Shown here: positions 9,618 through 18,448 of the stretch, piece by piece | Layout: each line of letters begins with the position of its first letter | Numbering within the stretch: the first letter of the stretch is position 1 | Source of the DNA: Myxococcales bacterium | GTDB lineage: Bacteria; Myxococcota_A; Polyangia; Polyangiales; DASUME01 | DNA: 64,000 nucleotides | Reading direction: 5' to 3' | Assembly: GCA_047601445.1 (NCBI GenBank) | Contig: JASGJH010000001.1 | Coordinates: forward strand, 2,944,001-3,008,000 | The notes under the pieces: generated by a model | What the model was told of the DNA's origin: nothing | Seen by the model: the letters and a program-made list of their open reading frames with translations, nothing else | The model's database searches: none | Program-made: the position numbers and the translations under genes

Positions 9618-10222
9618 CTCGACTCCTCCGTAAGCTGAAAGAGCACACGTTCCATCAGGGACAGTCCACGCGAGAGACGCGACTTCACGGTACCCTCCGG
9701 GATCTGCATCTGGACCGCGATTTCAGCGGCGGTCATGCCCTCGAAGAAGGTGAGCTCGAGGGTCATGCGCACCTCGGGCGAGAGGGTGGCGAGCGCCTCC
9801 GAGATTGCGATGCGACGCTCGGTCTGCGGCATGCTCTGGGCGAGTACACGCAGCGCACCGTGTGCGAGCTCCCGGCGAGCGCTCGCCTCGCGCCCCCGGC
9901 GCCTGAGGCCGTCGAGCGCACGGGAGCGGGCCCTGACGAGCAGCCAAGCTCGCACGCTGGCACGCGTGGGATTGTAGTCCTGCGCGTTGAGCCAGGCCTC
10001 GAGGAAAACCTCTTGCAACACGTCCTCATTGGAGCGGCCGCCCTCCGCGCTCGTGCGCTGGGACACGTGACTCAACAGCGAAAGCACGGTGGCGGCGTGC
10101 CGGTCGTAGATCTGCGCGAACGCCTCGACATCCCCCTGCGCCGCGCGCTGCATCAACGCGGCGTCGCTACCACTGTCGCTGGAGGGACGCAGCACGGGGC
10201 GTGAGCGTTGGGCCTGAGTCAC
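9614..10222 (-). CDS. ECF sigma-70 factor
   Basis: GDVEAFAQIYDRH, EDVLQEVFLEAW, WLLVRARSRALD, EIAVQMQIPEGTVKSRLSRG. Confidence 0.9.
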   Translation of the reverse strand: MTQAQRSRPVLRPSSDSGSDAALMQRAAQGDVEAFAQIYDRHAATVLSLLSHVSQRTSAEGGRSNEDVLQEVFLEAWLNAQDYNPTRASVRAWLLVRARSRALDGLRRRGREASARRELAHGALRVLAQSMPQTERRIAISEALATLSPEVRMTLELTFFEGMTAAEIAVQMQIPEGTVKSRLSRGLSLMERVLFQLTEESR

Positions 10223-10321
10223 ACATCGAGAGACTACGCGCTGGGCGCCCCGGGCGCGAGGGCGGCGGCATTGACGAGCCTCCTCCGAATCTTGACCGGC
10301 AAAGCACGCTCGGGGGCCATC

Positions 10322-10750
10322 CTAGCCCTTTTTCGCTCGTGTTTTCCGCTGGCGGGTGCCCGCACCCGCCGCCTCGCGTACCAGGCGACGAAAGGTTGGA
10401 CACTCCATGTGGCTCGGCGCAGGACAGGCGGCGGCATGCCTGAGCCCCTTGCTGAGTGCGCCGAGTCGTCGCGCTGTCGCCTCGAGCTCCTCTGCCTTGG
10501 TCGCGAGCATCGCGCGGTCGATGCGGAGGCGCCCGTCGGGCGCGAACATGCCGGCGATTTCCTCGAGCGAGAACCCTGCGGCACTGCCCAGGGCAATCAG
10601 TGCCAGACGCTCGAGCACCTCGGGAGCAAACTGGCGCCGGAGGCCGCGCCTGCTCGTGGAGACGATGAGCCCCTTCTCTTCGTAGTAGCGCAGTGTGGAG
10701 GCGGGCACGCCGGCCCGCTGGGCCACTTCACCGATATCGAGAACGCGCAT
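10322..10750 (-). CDS. MerR family transcriptional regulator
   Basis: LDIGEVAQRAGVPASTLRYYEEKGLI; GFSLEEI; C-terminal HAAACPAPSHMECPTF. Confidence 0.92.
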   Translation of the reverse strand: MRVLDIGEVAQRAGVPASTLRYYEEKGLIVSTSRRGLRRQFAPEVLERLALIALGSAAGFSLEEIAGMFAPDGRLRIDRAMLATKAEELEATARRLGALSKGLRHAAACPAPSHMECPTFRRLVREAAGAGTRQRKTRAKKG

Positions 10751-10762
10751 CGCTCAACCTTC

Positions 10763-10793
10763 TTGACTTCAAGTCGACTTGAAGTTGCAGAGT
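10763..10793 (+). promoter_or_regulatory. MerR-type promoter/operator of the methyltransferase gene
   Basis: -35 TTGACT (10763-68) overlapping a perfect 20-bp palindrome ACTTCAAGTC|GACTTGAAGT (10766-85); candidate -10 CAGAGT at 19-bp spacing. Confidence 0.8.
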
Positions 10794-10831
10794 ATAGCGT
10801 GTGCCTCGGCGCACGGACCAAGGAGACGCGC

Positions 10832-11683
10832 ATGGACCCCTGTCAGCAACAACAGGACGACGAGCAAGCACGACTTTGGAATGGCCCCGCCGGGCGTGCC
10901 TGGGTCGACGCTCAGGAAGTGCTGGATGCGATGCTGGCACCGTTCGAGCATGTGCTGGTGAAGGCAAGCGCAGGGCGGCCGGCGGCCCGCGTCCTCGACA
11001 TCGGCTGTGGCACCGGGAGCACCACGCTCGCCATCGCACGCCAGCAGGGCGAACGCGCTGATTGCACCGGAGTCGACCTCTCGGAACCGATGATCGCGCT
11101 TGCCCGGGCGCGCGCAACGCGCGAGGGCTCCAAGGCGCGCTTCCTGCGTGCGGATGCCCAGGAGCATCGCTTCGAGGCCGGGCGCTTCGACCTGCTCGTC
11201 TCGCGCTTCGGCGTGATGTTCTTCGTGGACCCGGTGCGAGCCTTCCGAAACTTGCGGGCCGCCGCCGCGCCGTCTGCCGAGCTCTGCTTCGTGGCCTGGC
11301 GCGGCGCGGCAGAAAATCCATTCATGACCACGGCCGAACGCAGCGCCGCTCCACTGCTTCCCAGTCTCCCCGCGCGCCGCGCCGGCGGACCCGGACAATT
11401 TGCCTTCGCGGACCCGGCGCTCGTGCGCAGCATCCTGGAGCAAAGCGGTTGGGACCAAGTCGACGTGCGCGCCATCGACGAAGCCTGCGCGCTGCCGGAG
11501 GCAGCGTTGCTGCCCTATCTGAATCGGCTCGGCCCGCTCGGACTCACGCTGCAGGCGGAACCTCCGGACGTGCAAGCAGCCGTGGTCGCCAGGGTGCGAG
11601 AAGCCTTCGAACCCTACGTACAGGGCACGGAGGTTCGCTTCAGCGCTGCGTGCTGGTTGATCTCCGCGCGCGCCCCGGCGTGA
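10832..11683 (+). CDS. Class I SAM-dependent methyltransferase
   Basis: VLDIGCGTG, GVDLSEPMI, ADAQ, SRFGVMFF; AAGGAG RBS. Confidence 0.9.
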   Translation: MDPCQQQQDDEQARLWNGPAGRAWVDAQEVLDAMLAPFEHVLVKASAGRPAARVLDIGCGTGSTTLAIARQQGERADCTGVDLSEPMIALARARATREGSKARFLRADAQEHRFEAGRFDLLVSRFGVMFFVDPVRAFRNLRAAAAPSAELCFVAWRGAAENPFMTTAERSAAPLLPSLPARRAGGPGQFAFADPALVRSILEQSGWDQVDVRAIDEACALPEAALLPYLNRLGPLGLTLQAEPPDVQAAVVARVREAFEPYVQGTEVRFSAACWLISARAPA

Positions 11684-11710
11684 AGCCCTACGCACGCACG
11701 CGCGTCCCGC

Positions 11711-12715
11711 TCACCACACGCGCGGAAGCGGAAGTCCCAACGCAACGCACCAGGCTCCGACAACCAGCGCCGCCGCACCCACGCCCGACGCCCACTGCCC
11801 GAGCGTGGAGCGCGGGCGAAGGCCGCTGAAGCCAACGGCCAGGCCAAGGCCGATGCCCGCGAGTCCGCCGAACAGATGCGCGAACAAGTCGCTACGCTCA
11901 CTCGATCCCAACAACGCCAGCAGCGCGAGGCTCCCTCCGAGCGCAGTCCACGCGGGCCGCAGCTTGTGTGCGCGTTGCCGCGCGTGCACATAGCCGAGCC
12001 CACCGAGGATACCGATGGCCCCGAAGACCGCCGTGGAGAAGCCCACCGAGCTGTGCAGAGCATGGTGAGCCCAGGCGTTGATCCAGTTGCCGGTGGCGCC
12101 AGCCGCGAGTACGAGCGCAGCGCCGAAGCCGACCCCCTCCGAGCGCATCACCGCGCCCACGACGAGGGCACCGATGCCCACGTTCGAGACCACGTGCGCC
12201 GTATCCGCGTGCAGCGTGAGCGCTGTGACCGTGCGCCACCACTCACCCTGCAGCACCCGCTCTGCGTCCGACGCACCCCCACTGAACCAGGCCGAGGTTG
12301 CCGCGCGCGGACCCGTGACTCCAAAGAAAACCAGCAGCATCAGCGCCACCAGCAAACCGCCCCACACCGCGTGACGCGTGACCGGTTTGTTCCCCAGGGC
12401 GGCATCAGCCGCGGCCGCGCGCCGTGTCTGCAGCTCCTCCGCGTCGGCAGCAGCGAGCTCGGTTTCAGCGCCGTCGCGCTCGTGCTCCGGAACGTGCAGC
12501 TCGAAGCGCCCCTCGTGCCAAATACGCAGCGGGTGCAAGCCCATCGACACCAGCACCAGGGCCCAAGCCTCGAGCCGGCGCAGGTCGTGGGTGACGCGGA
12601 CCGGCTCGGGCATCGGCGGCTCGGCCATGACGGCAGCCGCGGGCTCGACAGGAGTCGTCGGCAAGATCTCGATCGAGCTTGGCGGACGTGGCGGCTCGGA
12701 ACTCTGCTCCAGCAT
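11711..12715 (-). CDS. Rhomboid family intramembrane serine protease with N-terminal soluble domain
   Basis: GEWWRTVTALTLHAD..HVVSN, catalytic VGFSTAVFG, AHLFG; multiple TM segments. Confidence 0.88.
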   Translation of the reverse strand: MLEQSSEPPRPPSSIEILPTTPVEPAAAVMAEPPMPEPVRVTHDLRRLEAWALVLVSMGLHPLRIWHEGRFELHVPEHERDGAETELAAADAEELQTRRAAAADAALGNKPVTRHAVWGGLLVALMLLVFFGVTGPRAATSAWFSGGASDAERVLQGEWWRTVTALTLHADTAHVVSNVGIGALVVGAVMRSEGVGFGAALVLAAGATGNWINAWAHHALHSSVGFSTAVFGAIGILGGLGYVHARQRAHKLRPAWTALGGSLALLALLGSSERSDLFAHLFGGLAGIGLGLAVGFSGLRPRSTLGQWASGVGAAALVVGAWCVALGLPLPRVW

Positions 12716-12954
12716 GGACACCTCGGACTCGACGCAAGGCGCCACCGGAATGAGCGCCAGAAAAAGCCGCCCAGACGAGCTGTGCGCGCACGAAAAGAAC
12801 AGTCATGGGCGGAACGGCGTTCGTTACGTAGGGACACTGGTAACCAGCCCCAGGAGTGACCGCAAGAGCCAACGAATGGCCGCCCGTAGCAAATCGGTCA
12901 GCTGCTAGCGTCACCCACATCGGACCTCTCTTGTTCCTTTGCTTGGTGATTCTC

Positions 12955-13929
12955 ATGCACAAACTCTTGCCGAACTTACTGGCTCCCGGCCTCCTGCTCT
13001 CTCTTGCCATGGGCTGTGGCGCCGACGGTGCCCCCCCTTTGACCCCGGACGCCGACCAGGGCGACCACCCCCAGCCGGGCGACGGGGACGGCGATGGCGA
13101 TGGTGACGGCGATGGTGACGGATACGGTGATGGTGATGGTGACGGCGATGGCGACGGCGATGGCGACGCCCCCCTGCCCGATGCAGGCGCGAAGCCCGAG
13201 CCCAAGCGCAAACCGAAGTGCATGAAGAAGGACAGTCAGCTGATCGTGATCGGCGACTCCTACATCAATTGGGTCAGCCACAACTTCCCCAACGACATCG
13301 TGGAGGCCTCGGGGCAGAAGTGGCGCATGCAAGCGATCGGCGGCATGTCGATGGCCACCGGCGGCGCCGGCTATCCCCTGGGCGTCTACATCCCCAACCA
13401 GTTCGACGATGCCATCAAGGCCGACCCCGACGCGCACACCGTGTTGATGGACGGCGGCGGCAATGACGTGCTCGTGGGTTGGATCGAGAATGGCGACATC
13501 GAGAAGTGCAAGGACACCGGCTCCTCGCAGCTCCCGGTCTGTCACGACGTCGTCACGCGGGCCCTCGAGAAGGCGGGGGCGCTGATGGATCGCGCTATCG
13601 CCGCGGGCGTTCGCGACGTCGTCTATTTCTTCTACCCGCACATCCCCGAAGGACGCGACATCGGCGGACCGCACCCGAACGAGATGCTCGACTACGCGCT
13701 GCCGCGGGTCAAAGAGTTCTGCGACGGACGTGAAGCAGCGAGCGGCGGCGCCCTGCGCTGTCATTTCATCGACATGGTCCCCGTGTTCAAGGACCACACG
13801 CCCGCTTGGTTCAACGGCGACATCCATCCGAACCCGGACGGCTCAAAGGCCATGGCCCAGGAAATCTGGAGCCGCATGAGCGAGTGGTGCATTGGCCAAA
13901 AGGAATCCTCGGGCTGCTGCGAGCCCTGA
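12955..13929 (+). CDS. SGNH/GDSL hydrolase lipoprotein with (Gly-Asp)n linker
   Basis: Lipobox LAMGC; IGDSY, DGGGND, DIHP catalytic blocks. Confidence 0.85.
   Translation: MHKLLPNLLAPGLLLSLAMGCGADGAPPLTPDADQGDHPQPGDGDGDGDGDGDGDGYGDGDGDGDGDGDGDAPLPDAGAKPEPKRKPKCMKKDSQLIVIGDSYINWVSHNFPNDIVEASGQKWRMQAIGGMSMATGGAGYPLGVYIPNQFDDAIKADPDAHTVLMDGGGNDVLVGWIENGDIEKCKDTGSSQLPVCHDVVTRALEKAGALMDRAIAAGVRDVVYFFYPHIPEGRDIGGPHPNEMLDYALPRVKEFCDGREAASGGALRCHFIDMVPVFKDHTPAWFNGDIHPNPDGSKAMAQEIWSRMSEWCIGQKESSGCCEP
13078..13167 (+). repeat. GGN-GAY hexanucleotide coding repeat, about (Gly-Asp)15
   Basis: GDGDGDGDGDGDGDGYGDGDGDGDGDGDGD. Confidence 0.9.
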
Positions 13930-13980
13930 CCTGCACCAAAGGGCCTGTCCCTCGAACCATCCGCTACACTGGCGCTCGCG

Positions 13981-14835
13981 ATGAACCGCATCACGTACTT
14001 CCCGCCCGAGACGCAGCGCCAGTACGCGCTCAACCGCGCCCGCGTGGCCAACAAGCCCTATGCCCACTACTTCGACGGTGATCTGTGGATCCACGACGAA
14101 GCCATGGAGGCCATCCGCGCTCCCATCGACGCAGCGCTGGCGCTCGCGCCCACGGCTACGGACATCAATCGCTTGCTCGACCCCGGGTACCTGCCCGTGG
14201 AGACCGGCTACTGCGAGCTCCCGGACGGCAGCGCCTACGTCGCGAGCCGTGTACCCTTTCCGGGCTGCACGGGCGACATGCTGGCGTGGTGGTTCTGGTG
14301 GCACGCCGTGGAAGCCGAGCGCTACACGCTCTGGTATCCACACAACCACGTCTCCGCGACTCCCCTCGATCGCTCGGTGCTGGAGCGGCCTGGACTCAGC
14401 CACGTGCAGCGCTACGTGGGCACCACGCACAGGGTCGACGAGTTCATCGGTCCCACGCGCATGCAGATCACCATCCGCTTCGTGGAGCCGTCCGAACTCG
14501 GCCTGGCAGAAGAGCGCTTCGCGGCCGCCGGCATCGTCGGCCACGCCTGTGCCCGCGTCACCTTGTTGCCCGCGGGTCTCGAGGCGGTGACCATGGTGCA
14601 CCTGGCGCGCCAGACATCCGACGGCTTCGAGCTGCGCAGTCACTACTGGCTCGGCCATGACGTGCGCCTGCGCGGACTCTCGGTGGACCGCATGGGCGCG
14701 GCGCTCGGCATCAAGCGGCGCATGGGCGGCGCGCGCATGGCCTACGAGCAGCTGCTGCACGACCAGATCGAGTTCACGCACCTCTCGACCTTCCTCGCGC
14801 CGATCTACGCCGAGTTCGGCCCCGCGGGCCAGTAG
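13981..14835 (+). CDS. DAPG hydrolase (PhlG-like) family protein
   Basis: ETGYCELPDGSAYVA, MLAWWFWWH, RYTLWYPHNH, HRVDEFIG, ELRSHYWLG, HDQIEFTHLSTFLAPIYAEF. Confidence 0.8.
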   Translation: MNRITYFPPETQRQYALNRARVANKPYAHYFDGDLWIHDEAMEAIRAPIDAALALAPTATDINRLLDPGYLPVETGYCELPDGSAYVASRVPFPGCTGDMLAWWFWWHAVEAERYTLWYPHNHVSATPLDRSVLERPGLSHVQRYVGTTHRVDEFIGPTRMQITIRFVEPSELGLAEERFAAAGIVGHACARVTLLPAGLEAVTMVHLARQTSDGFELRSHYWLGHDVRLRGLSVDRMGAALGIKRRMGGARMAYEQLLHDQIEFTHLSTFLAPIYAEFGPAGQ

Positions 14836-14849
14836 CGCGAACGGGGACG

Positions 14850-15236
14850 TCAGTCCGCGAAGACCATCCCAATCTGCTGATCGAGCGCCGCCAAGCCCTT
14901 GATCGCACAGCGCAGGGCGCTCTGACGGGAACCGAGCTGCAGCTCGGGCGCCTCGAACATGGACTCACCCAGGTCCTGACGCTCGCCGTCGATCTCCAGG
15001 ATCACGTCGAAGCACGCATCGGCCAGCTGCTGCAGCGCATCCTGCGAACGCATGCTGCCCAGCTCGTCGGCTTCCTCCTGCGCGGACTCGGATAGCTCCA
15101 TCAACTCCGCGGCCAGGAGCGCGGTGGCGCGCAGCTGGGTCTCGAGCGTGCTGTGGGTGAGGTCCGCCCGCGCGCTGCGCAGGCGGTCGTCGAAGGTGTA
15201 ACTGAACCCCTCGAGCTGACGACGCATGCTCGACAT
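14850..15236 (-). CDS. Hypothetical alpha-helical protein (~128 aa)
   Basis: Open frame with host-like codon usage and acidic helical composition; no recognisable motif; start uncertain. Confidence 0.55.
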   Translation of the reverse strand: MSSMRRQLEGFSYTFDDRLRSARADLTHSTLETQLRATALLAAELMELSESAQEEADELGSMRSQDALQQLADACFDVILEIDGERQDLGESMFEAPELQLGSRQSALRCAIKGLAALDQQIGMVFAD

Positions 15237-15701
15237 GCGAGCGCGCACGGACGCGAAGGGCTGGGGGCGGGAGTCAACTGCGAGCGACAAGGATGCGTAG
15301 AGATTTTTTGCTTGCACGGTGATGAGACGAGACTGCCTTGGCCATCCCAAGTCTCGCAATAGCGTGCCTGGGTACAACGCGATCCGCCCATCGGAGGCAT
15401 CACGTTTTGGGACAGTAGGCATCACTCCCACAACCCGGAGCATCTACGCGTCAACACTTGCGATCCGGCGCTTTCGCGGGGTCTCGAGCAACCCAAGGGT
15501 GAAAGCCGGCTGTGCTCGCCCCCTGACCAAAGCCGTCGCCCAACGCCCCCACGCAGCCCCCTCGCACGCGCGAGAGCGTGTCACCGGAGCGGCAAAAAAC
15601 TGTCGCGCGGACGCTGTGAAAGGTTCGCCATCCGCCAGCGGCCATCCGCCAGCCGCCCATCCACCCGCGGGAGAGCCGCAAGCAGCTGCCAGCGTGCGGC
15701 A

Positions 15702-15806
15702 GCGGCCAACAGCGCGCGGCTCGTTGCACGCGGCTCGCTGCATGCGGCCAACAGCGCGCGGCCCGTTGCATACGGCCAGTGGCTCGCTGCATGCGGCCCG
15801 CTGATG
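15702..15806. repeat. Degenerate 14-bp-period intergenic tandem repeat (GCGGCY-N8)
   Basis: GCGGCCAACAGCGC / GCGGCTCGTTGCAC / GCGGCTCGCTGCAT / GCGGCCAACAGCGC / GCGGCCCGTTGCAT / partial / GGCTCGCTGCAT / GCGGCCCGCTGATG. Confidence 0.7.
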
Positions 15807-15825
15807 GCGGATGGCCGCTCGCGGC

Positions 15826-16395
15826 TTACTTACACTCGCCCTTGTACGCGACCGAAACCCCAGCGCTCGCAGCAGCGCAAGCATTGCCGTAGGGCTTGTC
15901 GTCGCAACCACAGACGGGATCGTACTGCAGCGTGCAAGCCTGAGGCTTCTTCGCGCAGACGCCGGTTTGATCCGCGGCGCCGCACTGCGCATCCGCGGGG
16001 AAGCTACAGTACTCGCCCGCGCCGCAGCCCTTGCCTTGCAGGCCGCCGCACAGCGCACCGGGCGCGGAGCCCGCGCACTCGCCCTTGGCCTTCACGGAGA
16101 CCGACGCGGAGCGCGCTTCACAGGCGTTGCCGTAGGTCTTGCCGTCGCAGCCGCACACAGGCTGATACAGCTTGTCGCATACCTCGGGGATCGCAGTGCA
16201 CTCGCCCTGCTGATCTCCGGAGCCACACTGCGTCGACGTTGGAAAGTTGCAGAACGTGTCGGGCTCTTCGCAAGCCTTGCCGGCGATGCCACCACAGGCT
16301 TCACCGGTGCCAGGGACCGGTTCTCCGGGCAGACAGGCCACTGCGAGCACACTTCCGGTCACTGCAAGTGCAAGATTCTTGATCAACGCGTACAT
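15826..16395 (-). CDS. Lipoprotein with two Kazal-type Cys-rich domains
   Basis: Lipobox LAVAC; two copies of C...YxPVCGCDxKxYGNACxA..AxVSV...GEC. Confidence 0.85.
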   Translation of the reverse strand: MYALIKNLALAVTGSVLAVACLPGEPVPGTGEACGGIAGKACEEPDTFCNFPTSTQCGSGDQQGECTAIPEVCDKLYQPVCGCDGKTYGNACEARSASVSVKAKGECAGSAPGALCGGLQGKGCGAGEYCSFPADAQCGAADQTGVCAKKPQACTLQYDPVCGCDDKPYGNACAAASAGVSVAYKGECK

Positions 16396-16537
16396 GGGCG
16401 CCTCCACAGAACCGTAAGTGGCCACCGTAAGCGCCGATTGTGAGAAAAAGCGCGCGCGCCGGTGCCGAATTGGAGCGTGGAAGAAGCGTGCCGTAGCTGC
16501 GGATCCCGGCCCGCCGCGATATTTTTTTTCTCCGCCC

Positions 16538-16564
16538 TGTCGATCCACGTCCGCGCCATTCGTC
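16538..16564 (+). promoter_or_regulatory. ECF42-type promoter
   Basis: TGTCGA-N17-CGTC preceded by a T-tract, upstream of a DGPF gene. Confidence 0.75.
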
Positions 16565-16632
16565 GCCTTCTCGTACGGGAGGAGCTAGCGGCCACAGCAG
16601 GTCGGGGCGACCTCCTCCGAAAGGAGCCGAAG

Positions 16633-16995
16633 ATGCGAGTCATGGTCATGGTGAAGGCAACCAAGAATTCCGAGGCCGGCAAGCTGCCCAACCCGGAGCT
16701 GCTCGCCCAGATGGGAAAGTTCAACGAGGAACTGATCAAGGCCGGCATCATGCTCGCCGGCGATGGACTGCGCCCGAGCAGCAAGGGCAAGCGCCTGCGC
16801 TGCCTCCAGGGGAAAAAGACCGTGGTCGACGGTCCGTTCGCCGAGACGAAGGAGCTCGTGGCCGGATTTTGGCTATGGCAGGTCAAGTCCGTGGACGAGG
16901 CGCTCGAGTGGATGCGCCGCTGCCCTGATCCCATGCCCGGTGAGGATTGGGAGCTCGAGCTGCGTCAGCTCTACGAGGCCGAGGACTTCGTCTGA
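16633..16995 (+). CDS. YciI/DGPF family protein
   Basis: MRVMVMVKAT, GDGLRPSSKG, VVDGPFAETKELVAGFW. Confidence 0.92.
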   Translation: MRVMVMVKATKNSEAGKLPNPELLAQMGKFNEELIKAGIMLAGDGLRPSSKGKRLRCLQGKKTVVDGPFAETKELVAGFWLWQVKSVDEALEWMRRCPDPMPGEDWELELRQLYEAEDFV

Positions 16996-17072
16996 GTGCG
17001 GGTTTGGAGCAAGCGTGGCCGCGACGAAACGGCATCAGCCGCCACGCGCGTTCACGGAGCGGGACCGCGACC

Positions 17073-18297
17073 CTAGCTCGGACTCGCCAGCTCGGTCGGC
17101 GACGCCGCCTGGCCGGGTTGCTGGAGCGCCGAGCGCGGCGCCGCTGGAGGAGCGCGGCGCGCCATGAAGCGGTGCAGTGCAGGGAGCAGCGTGCGGAAGA
17201 GCTCGTCGCGCACGACGCGCTGGAGTCGCGAATCCTTGCTCCCGAAGCGGAAGAGATAGGGATGCACCTTCTCGCGGGTGTACTCGTCGCGGCCCAGGAT
17301 GTGCCGCGCCGCTAACTTCCCGCTCAAGCACGACGGCGTGATGCCGTTCCAGAAGTCGCGCTGGGTCAGAGCGGCCGAGTCGCCGATGATCATGCAAGTG
17401 TCCTGGTTGGCGCGCACGGGACCTTCGCTCTGGTGCAAATAGAGAGAGGAGCCCGCCGCGCTCACCGCGTCGAAGTTCGGATCGAGGAGGCCCTCGGTCT
17501 TGAGGTGCGCGACGAACTTCATCCAATGAGGATTGATGGAGCCCACCTTCGCGGGGTCGCCCACGCAACAGACTCCGATGTTCGTGAGGCGTCCACCTTC
17601 GCCCTTGGGATAGAGCCAGCCGAAGCCCGGGATATCATCGAAGTAGAAGTAGTTGAGCATCAAGCCACCACTGCGGCTCTCGTGTACCTCGGCTTCGCGC
17701 AACACCACGAGGTCGGAGCGCCGATACTGCTGCGGGAAGAACGCGCGCCGCACGGGGCAGTGGGTTCCACCCGCCCCGATCAAGAAGTCGCTCGTGTAGA
17801 TTCGTCGCACCGGCTCGCACGCGATAGCGCGGCTGTGTTCCCGCCGTGTACTGGATGTCCTGGCTGCGCACGCGCGCCCGCGGCAGCACCGTGGCGTCGG
17901 ACTGACTCGAGATCCACGCCTCGAGCTCACCGCGCAGAGCGAAGTAGAGGGTCTCGTCGAAGAGCGGCTTGGTCCAGCGCTTCGGCAGGGCCCCGTAGGT
18001 GCGCCCACCGAAGAAGAGCCGAATCTTCTGGTCGTCCTGCACCAGCAACTCGCCGGGATAGTCCTCCGGCTTTCGTTCCAAGATGCGGAATGTTTCACCG
18101 AAGATGCCGGAGCAGGTCTCGCTCCAACGCGGCATCTCTCCCGCCTCCAGCACCAACGCGCGTTTGCCCGCTTCGCTGAGAAATTTGGCGGCGGTTCCGC
18201 CGGCAACGCCGCCACCCACGATGATCACGTCGTAGTGCGTCGCGGCGCGTGGCTGCGCGCGCGAACCCGGCCCGCCTGCATGATGAGCGTCCATCAC
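17073..18297 (-). pseudogene. FAD-dependent oxidoreductase (geranylgeranyl reductase-like) interrupted by a 1-nt frameshift near 17800-17812
   Basis: N-half (YDVIIVGGGVAGG...) lies in ORF 17635-18297 and C-half (FLIGAGG..CPV, GFGWLYPKG, NIGV, IIGDSAAL, GI..S..SG) in ORF 17073-18215; total span 1225 nt = 3n+1. Confidence 0.8.
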
Positions 18298-18448
18298 GAT
18301 GTGTCCCCTTCCGTCGTGACCGCGAGCGTAGCGACCACGCGCTCCGCGTCCAGCTCGACGCAGCGATGCAGACAGGCGCGTGCCAGCGTGCTACGCAAAA
18401 TAAGACGTCGGGTTAGCGCGAACCGGCGACTTCTGGAGGAGAGGATCG

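Noticed and set aside
11711..12715. Rhomboid protease as the sorting enzyme for nearby MYXO-CTERM-like proteins
   Set aside because: Rhombosortases process GlyGly-CTERM, whereas MYXO-CTERM is attributed to CAAX-type myxosortases; the gene is separated by unrelated genes
15702..15806. Possible CRISPR array
   Set aside because: Units are 14 bp, contiguous and degenerate, with no spacers and no cas genes
17795..17815. Programmed ribosomal frameshift in the GGR-like gene
   Set aside because: No slippery heptamer or homopolymer run; mutation or assembly error is more parsimonious
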